Shown: positions 1 through 8,597 of the stretch, one piece after another
How positions within the stretch are numbered: position 1 is the first letter of the stretch
How the letters are laid out: each line of letters starts with the position of its first letter
IMG/VR virus record: IMGVR_UViG_3300039916_000028
Coordinates: 1-42,767 of that record
From: a virus
Taxonomy: Duplodnaviria; Caudoviricetes
Reading direction: 5' to 3' (one strand)
DNA: 42,767 nt
Made by a program: the position numbers and the translations under genes
Notes under the pieces: model-generated
What the model was told of the DNA's origin: nothing
Seen by the model: only the letters and a program-made list of their open reading frames with translations
Databases searched by the model: none

Positions 1-1497
1 GCCGCGGCGCCCCCTGCCCCCGAGGCCGCGCGCTGCGCCGCCCTGGCGGGGATGCGCCTCGACGACACCAACCTGCTTTCCGCCACCGCCGTCCCGGCCG
101 CGGGGGACCTGCCGGCGCATTGCCGCGTGCTCGGCTATGTCCGCCCGGCGATCAATTTCGAGCTGCGCCTGCCGCTCTCCGGCTGGAACGGCAAGTTCTA
201 CATGACCGGCTGCGGCGGCTTCTGCGGCAAGGTCCTGGGCGACGCGCCCGGCTTCACCAACGCCCTGAATTACGGGCTGCGGCGCGGCTATGCCGCCGCG
301 ACCACGGATTCCGGCCATTGGGGCACCGGCTCCACCGACGGGCGCTGGGCCTGGAACAACCGGCTGGCGGAGATCGACTGGGGCACGCGGGCGGTGCCGG
401 AAGTGACCCGCGTCTCCAAGGCGCTGGTGAACGCCTTCTACGAGCGCCCGGCGGCCCATGCCTATTTCGCCGGCTGCTCCACCGGCGGGCGGCAGGCACT
501 GATGGAGGCGCAGCGCTTCCCCGAGGATTTCGACGGCATCATCGCGGGCTCCCCGGCGCTGGACTATACGGGCCTGGTCGCCACCGCCATGGCCTGGACC
601 ACCCGCGCCAATGCCGGGCCGGACGGCAGGCGGCTCTTCGACCCGGCCCATGTGCCGCTGGTGCAGAAGGCCGTGGCCGAGGCCTGCGACGGCGCCGACG
701 GGCTGAAGGACGGGCTGGTCTCCGACCCGCGCCAGTGCCGCTTCGATCCGGCGAAGCTGCAATGCCCCGCCGGGTCGAACCAGCCGGACTGCCTGAGCGA
801 GGCCGAGGTCGGGGTGCTGAAGACCTGGTACGCGCCGCCGCGCAACAGCCGCGGGGAGGCGCTCTATCCCGGCGGCATCCCGCTGGGATCGGAGCCCTTC
901 TGGCCCGTCTGGCTGGCCGGCACCGCCGCGGCGCCGCCGCTCAATCCCCTCTTCAACCGGGACTTCCTCCGCTACATGGCCTTCGCCGAGGACCCGGGCG
1001 AGGGCTACGACCCCCTCGCCTTCGATTTCGACCGCGATCCGCCTCGCCTCGCCGCCATGGGCGCGCTGTACAATGCCACCGCCCCCGACATCGCCCGCTT
1101 CCGCGCCCGGGGCGGCAAGCTGATCGCCTATCACGGCTGGGCGGATGCCATCGTGACGCCGGAGCGGACGGTGCAGTGGTTCGAGGCGGCCGGCGCCGCC
1201 GCCGGCGGCCGCGACGCCATGGCGGGCTCGGCACGGCTCTTCATGCTGCCGGGCTTCGACCATTGCGGCTTGTCGAATGCCGGGCCGGGCATCGACCAGA
1301 ACGGCTTCGACCCGCTGGGCGCGCTGGAGGCCTGGGTGGAGAAGGGCGAGGCGCCCGCGCAGCTCGCCACCACCAAGACCGCTCCGGATGGGCAGCGCCT
1401 CTGGAGCCGCCCCGCCTGCCCCTGGCCGCAGGTGCCGCGCCATGACGGCAAGGGACCGGTCGCGGAGGCCGCGAGCTTCGCCTGCGCCGATCCGTGA
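1..1497 (+). CDS. Tannase/feruloyl esterase family alpha/beta hydrolase (host gene, 5' end outside window)
   Basis: GCSTGG nucleophile motif (FAGCSTGGRQ), YHGWADAIV, MLPGFDHC and a C-terminal RPACPWPQ are typical of the tannase family. The frame is open from base 1, so the real start lies upstream. Confidence 0.9.
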   Translation, partial: AAAPPAPEAARCAALAGMRLDDTNLLSATAVPAAGDLPAHCRVLGYVRPAINFELRLPLSGWNGKFYMTGCGGFCGKVLGDAPGFTNALNYGLRRGYAAATTDSGHWGTGSTDGRWAWNNRLAEIDWGTRAVPEVTRVSKALVNAFYERPAAHAYFAGCSTGGRQALMEAQRFPEDFDGIIAGSPALDYTGLVATAMAWTTRANAGPDGRRLFDPAHVPLVQKAVAEACDGADGLKDGLVSDPRQCRFDPAKLQCPAGSNQPDCLSEAEVGVLKTWYAPPRNSRGEALYPGGIPLGSEPFWPVWLAGTAAAPPLNPLFNRDFLRYMAFAEDPGEGYDPLAFDFDRDPPRLAAMGALYNATAPDIARFRARGGKLIAYHGWADAIVTPERTVQWFEAAGAAAGGRDAMAGSARLFMLPGFDHCGLSNAGPGIDQNGFDPLGALEAWVEKGEAPAQLATTKTAPDGQRLWSRPACPWPQVPRHDGKGPVAEAASFACADP

Positions 1498-1514
1498 GGA
1501 CGGCCCTTTCCCGC

Positions 1515-1689
1515 TGTTCTCTGACACTTGGTTCTGGAAACCGGGATGATCAGGGATCAAACGGGTTGTAGTGGGACGAAACCCGCAGAAGACCGGGCTT
1601 TTTGAAGGGTAGGTCGGATCACGAGGGTGCTTTCTGGAAACTGGAACTGACAGCCCTGATGATGGCGTCATGACAGTAGAAAATGGAAC
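1515..1689 (+). repeat. Putative prophage left end (attL) with transposase-binding repeats
   Basis: TGT at 1515, 17 bp after the host stop codon. TTCTGGAAAC occurs at 1532-1541 and 1632-1641, with a related GTAGAAAATGGAAC at 1676-1689. TGACA-N8-TGGAA occurs at 1522 and 1671. The preceding 5-mer CCCGC fits the Mu NYSRN target preference. Confidence 0.6.
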
Positions 1690-1724
1690 CCTCGGTGATT
1701 CTTGAGCCCTGCATTACCCGGCTC

Positions 1725-2543
1725 TCAGAGACCTCTCAGAGAGGATGTCGAGCGGGGCGGACCGCCCGCCCAGAGGACCTGACCTACCAACCGGAGGTCT
1801 TCTAGGTCAGGCCCTCGGACGGTTTCAGGCTGATAGCGGGGGTTATCGCTATGCACGACCACAGAACCGTCGAGCCGACGTTCCAGACGCTTCACCAGCA
1901 GCTCCTCCCCCACCGCTAAGACATGGATTGCCCCATTGGTGATGCTGCGGGTTGCGATGTCCACGATGACAAGGTCTCGGTCTCGAAGAGTGGGCTCCAT
2001 ACTATCGCCTCTCACTTGGACGAGCATCAGCTGATCCGGCCCTCTATGGAACGTATCCTTCAGCCAGTCCTTGCTAAACGCAAGGAATTCAACAATTTGC
2101 TCGCTCGTAGACAGAACGCCCTCGCCAGCTGAGACCTCTACATTGTAGCGCGGCAAAAGTGCATATCCAGACATGACAGTCGCGTTATGGCTGTGTTCTG
2201 ACGAATAGCGTTTGATCTCGATCACTGCGCCGTTCTCTGCGACTGCATCAGCCTGCGCCTTGGCTCCGCGGCCACTTATGAGCCACTCCACACTGACAGA
2301 AGTGGCGTCAGCGATGGCCAGAAGCTGCGCCCCCTTCGCGTCCTGCCCCTTCGTAAGATTGCTGAGCGTCCGCTGAGGAATGCCGGTTCTCTTCGCGACG
2401 GCAGCAAGGCCTCCGCCGTCCACTACGGCACCACGAATCCGTTCCGCCAGTTCTTGCACATAACGGCTGTGAACCTCAGGCGTAATGGCAGTTTCCTGCC
2501 GTTTTCCATTGCCAATTTCATCTTCAAAATCAGTATCTTGCAT
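1725..2543 (-). CDS. Prophage repressor, XRE-type HTH plus S24 (LexA/CI-like) autopeptidase domain
   Basis: N-terminal HTH (LAAVAKRTGIPQRTLSNL), Ala-Gly cleavage site (VSAGEG), catalytic Ser (GDSMEP) and Lys (LVKRL). Divergent from ner. Start codon uncertain. Confidence 0.9.
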   Translation of the reverse strand: MQDTDFEDEIGNGKRQETAITPEVHSRYVQELAERIRGAVVDGGGLAAVAKRTGIPQRTLSNLTKGQDAKGAQLLAIADATSVSVEWLISGRGAKAQADAVAENGAVIEIKRYSSEHSHNATVMSGYALLPRYNVEVSAGEGVLSTSEQIVEFLAFSKDWLKDTFHRGPDQLMLVQVRGDSMEPTLRDRDLVIVDIATRSITNGAIHVLAVGEELLVKRLERRLDGSVVVHSDNPRYQPETVRGPDLEDLRLVGQVLWAGGPPRSTSSLRGL

Positions 2544-2688
2544 CTGAAATCAGCCTTTATGCCAAATCAGGCAGGAGTTTCGCCAGTTTTGGCGTGACAG
2601 ATCGGCCAAAACCTGCCAATCTCCGAGACGGATACCGGCGACAAGTGGCCGTTGCTGGTGCCAGTTCTGGGAGCTGTGACCCGCCATC
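2440..2688. promoter_or_regulatory. Divergent repressor/ner control region with repeated GCCA(A/G)TT-like motifs (operators and/or transposition enhancer)
   Basis: About ten related motifs, e.g. CGCCAGTTC 2445, TGCCAATTT 2510, TGCCAAATC 2560, CGCCAGTTTTGGCG 2581-2594, TGCCAATCT 2614 and TGCCAGTTC 2659. Confidence 0.55.
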
Positions 2689-3024
2689 ATGCCACGCGAG
2701 AGCCAAGGTTGGCATCCTGAGACGATCAAATCGGAACTGCGCCAGCGTTTCGGTGCGATCACCCACCTCGCGAAGGAATGGGGCCGGAGCCGCGGCGCAA
2801 TCAGCGCCGTTCTGAACCGACCCGACTACTCCATCCGGCTTGAGGAGCAGATCGCCGAAGCTCTCGGCGTCTCCCCTCATGTGATCTGGCCTGACCGCTG
2901 GCATCCGGATGGGACCCCCAAGAAGCGTGTGCTCGGCATCGTGCCGGCCGGGAACAGCCCCGGCAGGCAGAACCCTAGCCATGCCTCAACCAACCCACAT
3001 CGTCAGAAGCGAGAAGCAGCGTGA
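2689..3024 (+). CDS. ner: Ner/Nlp-family transcriptional regulator
   Basis: WHPETIKSEL...EEQIAEALGVSPHVIWPDRW is the Ner signature. First gene of the early operon. Confidence 0.9.
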   Translation: MPRESQGWHPETIKSELRQRFGAITHLAKEWGRSRGAISAVLNRPDYSIRLEEQIAEALGVSPHVIWPDRWHPDGTPKKRVLGIVPAGNSPGRQNPSHASTNPHRQKREAA

Positions 3025-3896
3025 ACGTGCAACTGTTGCCCGTCGCCGACATCCTTGTCGGTGAACGCCTACGCATGGTCGATGCGGAGAAGGTGACGCA
3101 GATCGCCCTCTCCCTGCGCCAGACTGGCCAGATCACCCCCATCGAGGTCCGTCCCGGGCCGGGTGAGAAGCAGTACGTCCTGATCGCCGGCGCCCATCGC
3201 CTCGCTGCGGCGCGCGAAGCCGGCATGCTGATGATCAGCGCCAGCATCTTCGAGGGAAATGCCGACCAGGTCCGGCTCCGGGAGATCGACGAGAACCTCT
3301 ACCGACACGAGCTGAACCCGTTCGATCAGGCGGCCTTCCTGGCGGAACGGAAGGACGTCTACGAGCGCCTGCACCCTGAGGCGAAGCAGGGCGGAAACCG
3401 CAAGGGCGACCAAACTGCCAACTTGGCAGTTTGGTCCAAGAGCTTCGCGGCGGACACCGCAGAGCGGCTCGGCCTGGGCGAGCGGACGGTGTTCCGTGCC
3501 ATCTCCCGCCACTTGGCCATTGAGCCGAAGGCCCGCGGGATCATCGCCGGGACCCACATCGCGAAGAAGGGCTCCGAGCTGGATGCACTGGGCAAGGTGC
3601 CCAGGGACCGCCAGGCGGAGATCGCCCGCTTCGCGGTGGAAAAACTGTGCTCCATCGTCGAAGCGCGTCGCAGCGTCCTGAACGAACTGCCGCCAGCCCG
3701 GCCCGACACCGGCTTCTCGGCCCTGCAGACCGCCTTCCGGAAAGCCCGGGCCACCGACAAGGCCCGCTTCCTCGAATGGCTGGATCAGGACGGCTACCTC
3801 GACCCGCTCTATGAGGCCCGGGACGAGGAGCGGGCGCAGGAGAGCGCCGCCGGAGCCATTTCCCTCGACGCGGCCCGCCGCGGGAGGGCTGCATGA
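3021..3896 (+). CDS. ParB/RepB/Spo0J-family protein (ParB N-terminal domain plus HTH)
   Basis: GQITPIEV, LIAGAHRLAA (GxxRxxA box), EIDENLYR, and an HTH (TAERLGLGERTVFRAI). Confidence 0.85.
   Translation: MNVQLLPVADILVGERLRMVDAEKVTQIALSLRQTGQITPIEVRPGPGEKQYVLIAGAHRLAAAREAGMLMISASIFEGNADQVRLREIDENLYRHELNPFDQAAFLAERKDVYERLHPEAKQGGNRKGDQTANLAVWSKSFAADTAERLGLGERTVFRAISRHLAIEPKARGIIAGTHIAKKGSELDALGKVPRDRQAEIARFAVEKLCSIVEARRSVLNELPPARPDTGFSALQTAFRKARATDKARFLEWLDQDGYLDPLYEARDEERAQESAAGAISLDAARRGRAA
3408..3436. repeat. Perfect 14-bp inverted repeat with 1-bp centre inside the parB-like gene
   Basis: GACCAAACTGCCAA-C-TTGGCAGTTTGGTC, read directly from the sequence. Confidence 0.9.
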
Positions 3897-4093
3897 TGCG
3901 CGTTCGCTTCGCCCGCACGCTGCGAGCCATCGCAGACCGGATCGCTCCGGATTGCCGCGTTCTGTCTCGCATCGAGACATTGGAGGAGCGCTTTCGCGCT
4001 CAGGACGCCAGAGAGGCGGTGAAGCGCGAGATCATGAAGCGCTTCCGCGCCCCGCCGTCATCTGCCGGGCGTGAACCGCCGCATGGTCGATGA
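3893..4093 (+). CDS. Hypothetical early protein
   Basis: ATGA overlap with the parB-like stop; GGGAGGG RBS upstream. Confidence 0.6.
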   Translation: MMRVRFARTLRAIADRIAPDCRVLSRIETLEERFRAQDAREAVKREIMKRFRAPPSSAGREPPHGR

Positions 4094-4313
4094 GGCTCTC
4101 CATGATCAACCTCGCGGCCTCGCGGAAGCGGACCATCTCCGGCGTCGGAACCTCCTCGGCCAGCTCCATCTCGGCAAGGCGCCCTCTCATGAGGCTCTGC
4201 CATCGGACGGCTTCCAGGTCCGGGCTGATGGCGCGGGCCATCTCTCGGGCCACCAGCTCCCGGATCAGCAACTCGTATACGAGTTCTGTCACAGCCGTAT
4301 CCGTCTCTTCCAT
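4032..4313 (-). CDS. Hypothetical helical protein, antisense to the early operon (moron-like)
   Basis: GGAG RBS at 4326-4323, protein-like composition, and a candidate promoter TTGCCC-N17-CACCAT (4376-4348). Confidence 0.6.
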   Translation of the reverse strand: MEETDTAVTELVYELLIRELVAREMARAISPDLEAVRWQSLMRGRLAEMELAEEVPTPEMVRFREAARLIMESLIDHAAVHARQMTAGRGSAS

Positions 4314-4430
4314 CGCTCAGATCTCCATCGGTGGTGTGGCAATCGCGATGGTGGTGGGGGCCGGGGCGCCGGGCAATGCCTGCGTCTCGGCTGCTCCCCC
4401 GGCCGGTCTCTCCTGCCGGAGGGCCGCGTG

Positions 4431-4736
4431 ATGGGCGCGGAGATCACGACGGCCACGCTGCCGGCGACGTCCGTGGCCATGCGCTCCTACGGCCGCGCCC
4501 TGGAGGACTGGCTGGACAGCCGTCCCGGCCCGGCTCCGCACGAGGTCCGGGACGCGCTGCGCGAACATGCCGAGATGTGGGGCTTCGCCGCCGACGAGAT
4601 GGCGGTGCTGGAGGCGCGCATCGTCGTGCTCCAGGAGGAAGTGTCGCACCTTCGTCGTCCCAAGAGCTTCTGCGTCCGCTTGGCGCAGATGTGGGACCGG
4701 GCCGTGCGTGGCTTGCGCACGGAAGGGGTGCGCTGA
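4431..4736 (+). CDS. Hypothetical early protein
   Basis: GGAGGG RBS before ATG 4431; packs against the next gene. Confidence 0.6.
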   Translation: MGAEITTATLPATSVAMRSYGRALEDWLDSRPGPAPHEVRDALREHAEMWGFAADEMAVLEARIVVLQEEVSHLRRPKSFCVRLAQMWDRAVRGLRTEGVR

Positions 4737-4737
4737 G

Positions 4738-5190
4738 ATGCGCCGGCAGTTGGACCTGCTGACCTGGCAGCCGCCGGAGACGGTGGTTGCCTTCCCGCAG
4801 CAGGATGTACGCGCGGCGTCGATCACCGCGATGATCGCCCGCGGCATCGCCGCCGCGCTGAAGGCCTGCCAGGTGCCCCGCGAGGAGATCGCGGAGCGCA
4901 TGGGCAGCTATCTGGGGCGCCCCGTCAGCAAGGCGGTGCTGGATGCCTACGCCAGCCAGGCGCGGGAGGAGCACAACATCTCCCTGCCGCGCTTCATGGC
5001 GCTGATGCACGCCACGAAGGACCGGCGCCTGGCCGAGATGCTGGTCGAGCCCTTCGGCTGGGCCGTGATCGAGCGCCGGCACGTCCCGCTGGTCGAGGTC
5101 GCCCTGCTGCGCGATCGCGAAGATGCCCTGAAGCGCCGCCGCGACGCGCTGATGCGGGCCAGCCGCATGAAGGGAACATCCCCATGCTGA
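4738..5190 (+). CDS. Conserved-type Mu-like early protein preceding the transposase (putative DNA-binding/regulatory)
   Basis: MRRQLDLLTWQP start and a REEIAERMGSYLGRPVSKAVLDAYAS helix pattern; overlaps the MuA start. Confidence 0.6.
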   Translation: MRRQLDLLTWQPPETVVAFPQQDVRAASITAMIARGIAAALKACQVPREEIAERMGSYLGRPVSKAVLDAYASQAREEHNISLPRFMALMHATKDRRLAEMLVEPFGWAVIERRHVPLVEVALLRDREDALKRRRDALMRASRMKGTSPC

Positions 5191-7151
5191 CGCAGGAATG
5201 GTTCACCCCGTCCGAGTTCAGCCAGCTCTGCCTCCCAGGTCTGCCGGACGAACGGGGCATCAGGGTGATGGCGGATCGCGAGGATTGGCGTCGTTCCAAC
5301 TGGGAAGGGCGCCGCTGGCGCCGCCGCCAGGGCGCCGGCGGCGGCTTCGAGTACCACTACTCCTGCCTGCCGGCACAGCCGCAGATCGCCCTGGTGCAAC
5401 GTCTCGGACAGGTGGAAATCGCTCAGGAGCGCGAGCTGGCGCGGGAGAAGATGACCCGTGCGCAGCTCTGGGAATGGTTTGACGGTCTCCCCGAGAAGAA
5501 GAAGGACGTCGCCCGCCAGCGCCTGGAGATGCTGGATCGAATCGCGACCTTGACCGCTGCCGGTATGGGGCAGGTGCAGGCCATGGAGATGGTGCGGGCC
5601 GGCAAGCTCGCTCTCAGCGGCGTCTACCGCCTGTACGAGATGGTGCGCGGCGTGGAGCGCCATGACTGGCTGCCCTATCTCGCGCCACGTCATGTCGGGC
5701 GCGACAAGCAATCCTGCTACACCCCTGAAGCTTGGGAGTTCATCAAGGCCGACTACCTGCGGCCAGAGCGGCCCAACCTGACCGACTGCTATGCGCGGAT
5801 GGTCGAGACGGCGAAGGTTAAAGGCTGGATCGTGCCGAGCCGCGCGACCGTGCAGCGCCGCATACAGGAGCTACCCGAAACCATCCGCGTCCTGGCTCGT
5901 GACGGCGTCGACGCTCTCAAGCGCATGTACCCGGCGCAGGAGCGCGACCGCTCTGCCTTCCATGCGCTGGAGGCGGTGAACGCGGACGGCCACAAGGCGG
6001 ACGTCTTCGTGAAGTGGTCGGACGGCCGCATCCTGCGCCCGATCCTGACCGTCTTCCAGGACCTCTACTCTGGCCTGATCCTGTCCTGGCGCGTGGACGT
6101 CAGCGAGAACACCGAGGCCGTGCGCTTGGCCTTCGGTGATCTGGTGGAAGCCTATGGCATCCCGGAGCACTGCTGGCTCGACAACGGCCGCCAGTTCGCC
6201 AGCAAGTGGCTGACGGGCGGCACGCCGAACCGTTTCCGCTTCAAGGTGAAGGAGGAGGAGCCGGCCGGTATCCTCACCACGCTCGGCGTGAAGGTCCACT
6301 GGACCACGCCGTACAGCGGCCAGTCGAAGCCCATCGAGCGCGCCTTCCGCGACCTGGCGCAGGGCCTGTGGAAGCACCCCGCCTTCGCGGGCGCCTATAC
6401 CGGCAACAACCCGATGGCCAAGCCGGAGAACTATGCCAGCAAGGCTGTGGATCTGGAGACCTTCCTGAAGGTCACCGCGGCCGGGATCAACGCGCACAAC
6501 GACCGCATCGGCCGCGACACTCGGGTCTGCGGCGGGAAGCTCTCCTTCCGCCAGGCCTTCGACGCCTCCTACGCCACGGCGGTGATCCGCAAGGCGACGG
6601 CGGAGCAGCGGCGCCTCTGGCTGCTGGCGGCCGAGGCGATCCGGGTCCGCCGCACGGACGGTAGCATCGAGATCGAGGGCAACCGCTACTGGTCGGAGCG
6701 GCTGCTGCCGCTGCGCGGCCAGCGCGTCACCGTCCGCTTCGATCCGCAGGCGCTGCACGGCGCGGTGCATGTCTACCGCATCGACGGCGCCTTCGTCTGC
6801 TCGGCGGAATGCGTCGAGGCGGCGGGCTTCGCCGACGTCGATGCCGCCCGCGAGCACGGCCGCAAGCGCCGCGCCTTCCTGCGCCTGAACCGCGAACTGC
6901 TGGAGACCGAGCGCTCCATGAGCATCGCGGAGGTCGCGGCGATGCTGCCCGAGGCGCCGGAACCCGCACCGCCGCCGGAGACGAAGGTCGTGGCGATGAC
7001 GCGCGGCGCCACGGCGCTGAAGCCGGTCTTCGAGGAGGAGGAGCGGGAGGAACACGATCTCGACCAGTTCGTCCGCGCGGTGGCGCTGGAGCGTGCCCAG
7101 CGAGGCGGTCGGCACCTGAGCCTGGTCGTCGAGGACGACGAGGAGGTCTGA
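5184..7151 (+). CDS. muA: Mu-type DDE transposase A
   Basis: N-terminal Mu HTH (GGGFEYHYSCLP), DDE residues in NADGH, LDNGRQF and KPIERAF, and a C-terminal Mu transposase domain (VTVRFDP). Confidence 0.95.
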   Translation: MLTQEWFTPSEFSQLCLPGLPDERGIRVMADREDWRRSNWEGRRWRRRQGAGGGFEYHYSCLPAQPQIALVQRLGQVEIAQERELAREKMTRAQLWEWFDGLPEKKKDVARQRLEMLDRIATLTAAGMGQVQAMEMVRAGKLALSGVYRLYEMVRGVERHDWLPYLAPRHVGRDKQSCYTPEAWEFIKADYLRPERPNLTDCYARMVETAKVKGWIVPSRATVQRRIQELPETIRVLARDGVDALKRMYPAQERDRSAFHALEAVNADGHKADVFVKWSDGRILRPILTVFQDLYSGLILSWRVDVSENTEAVRLAFGDLVEAYGIPEHCWLDNGRQFASKWLTGGTPNRFRFKVKEEEPAGILTTLGVKVHWTTPYSGQSKPIERAFRDLAQGLWKHPAFAGAYTGNNPMAKPENYASKAVDLETFLKVTAAGINAHNDRIGRDTRVCGGKLSFRQAFDASYATAVIRKATAEQRRLWLLAAEAIRVRRTDGSIEIEGNRYWSERLLPLRGQRVTVRFDPQALHGAVHVYRIDGAFVCSAECVEAAGFADVDAAREHGRKRRAFLRLNRELLETERSMSIAEVAAMLPEAPEPAPPPETKVVAMTRGATALKPVFEEEEREEHDLDQFVRAVALERAQRGGRHLSLVVEDDEEV

Positions 7152-7194
7152 CCACCTCCCCGCCGTCCGTCAACAGTCAAGAAGCGAGAGCCCC

Positions 7195-8211
7195 ATGGAT
7201 AGCATCATGCAGGACGTTGTCAAAAACATTCCGGTCGACGACGACGCGCCGACCACCGGCCCTTCCGACGAGGTTGCGGCGCTGATCGCCGAGATCAAGG
7301 CGGCCGCGGCCGAGGACGGTGTCAGCATGTCCCAGGTCGCGAAGGCCGTGGACATCGCCTACGGCACCTGGAGCAACTTCGTCGGCGGCACCTATGCCGG
7401 CCGCACCGAGCGCCTGGTCAACGCCGGCCGGGCCTGGCTGTCCGCCCGGAAGGCGAAGAAGCGGACGCAGTCCATCCTGCCGCGCGCCCCGCTCTTCGTG
7501 CCGACCGATGGTGCGACCAAGATGATCGCGACGCTGGAACACGCCCAGCACGCCCCGGATTTCGTGGTGATCGGCGGTGCCCCCGGCGTCGGCAAGACGG
7601 TGTCCATCCACCAGTACCAGCGGATGGCGCCGAGCGTCTGGGTGGTGACCGGGGAGCCCACGCTCCGCTCCGCCTGGATGCTCTTGGACTACATCGCGGA
7701 GGCGATGGGCCTGACCGGCAGCCGCAGCTCCCAGAAACAGAGCCGCGCCTTGGTGCGGCGCCTGCAGGGCAGCGGCGGCCTGATCGTGGTCGACGAGGCC
7801 CAGCATCTCTGCACGGCGGCGCTGGACCAGCTCCGCACTCTGCACGACCTGGCCGGCGTCGGCATCGCCGTGGTGGGCAACGAGACGGTCTACAACCGCA
7901 TCCAGGGCAATGCCCGGACGGCCGAGTTCGCGCAGCTGCATTCCCGGGTCGGGATGCGGATCAACCGCCCGAAGCCCAGCAAGGCGGACATCGATGCGCT
8001 GATCGACGCCTGGAAGGTCGAAGGCGAGAGGGAACGGAAGCTGCTGGGCATCATCGCTCGCAAGCCCGGCGCGCTGCGCATCATGACCAAGGTGCTGCTG
8101 CTCGCGCACCGCACGGCGGCGGCCGAGGGCGGCACCTTGCAGGCCGCGCACATCGAAGCCGCGTACAGCCGCCTCGCCGCGGAGCAGATCAGCACCGGGG
8201 GCGAGGCATGA
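7195..8211 (+). CDS. muB: MuB-like AAA+ transposition ATPase
   Basis: Walker A GAPGVGKT, Walker B IVVDEAQHL and an N-terminal HTH; directly after MuA. Confidence 0.93.
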   Translation: MDSIMQDVVKNIPVDDDAPTTGPSDEVAALIAEIKAAAAEDGVSMSQVAKAVDIAYGTWSNFVGGTYAGRTERLVNAGRAWLSARKAKKRTQSILPRAPLFVPTDGATKMIATLEHAQHAPDFVVIGGAPGVGKTVSIHQYQRMAPSVWVVTGEPTLRSAWMLLDYIAEAMGLTGSRSSQKQSRALVRRLQGSGGLIVVDEAQHLCTAALDQLRTLHDLAGVGIAVVGNETVYNRIQGNARTAEFAQLHSRVGMRINRPKPSKADIDALIDAWKVEGERERKLLGIIARKPGALRIMTKVLLLAHRTAAAEGGTLQAAHIEAAYSRLAAEQISTGGEA

Positions 8212-8597
8212 ACCCGCTTGCCAACCGGATCTTCGCCCTGTCGGGGACGCTGGAGCTGGACCGCAACACCGGCGGCGTCACCACGCCGGCCGAGTGCCTG
8301 CAGCTGGCCCGCGACCTGGAGGCCGTCGCGGCCCTGGTCCTGCCCCTGGAGGAGGCGGAGGACGCGCGGGATGCCGCGATGTTCCGCCCCCTGCCGTCCG
8401 CCGCCCTGCAGATGCGCTGGATGGCGCGGATGCTACGCCACGACATGCCGCAGATCGTCTCGCCGAAGCAGGTGGTGACCCTCTGCGACTGGCTGAACGG
8501 CATGGGGGACCTGGTCGCGGCGCTCGAACGCCGCGCCATCGCCGCCGCGCGGCCGCCGGCGCGGGCGAGCGTCCACCAGATGCTGGCCTGGTCATGA
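8208..8597 (+). CDS. Hypothetical protein
   Basis: ATGA-coupled to both neighbours. Confidence 0.65.
   Translation: MNPLANRIFALSGTLELDRNTGGVTTPAECLQLARDLEAVAALVLPLEEAEDARDAAMFRPLPSAALQMRWMARMLRHDMPQIVSPKQVVTLCDWLNGMGDLVAALERRAIAAARPPARASVHQMLAWS

Noticed and set aside
1-1497. Tannase gene as phage cargo
   Set aside because: It lies outside the predicted TG end, has host-like high-GC codon usage, and is a common chromosomal enzyme family.
1722-1743. Tandem CTCTCAGAG repeat at the repressor stop
   Set aside because: Only two short copies, with no similarity to the end repeats and no evident function.
4270-4285. Perfect 16-bp palindrome AACTCGTATACGAGTT
   Set aside because: It is a single copy inside a coding region. 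One or two 8-bp-arm palindromes are plausible by chance in 43 kb, and I saw no second site.
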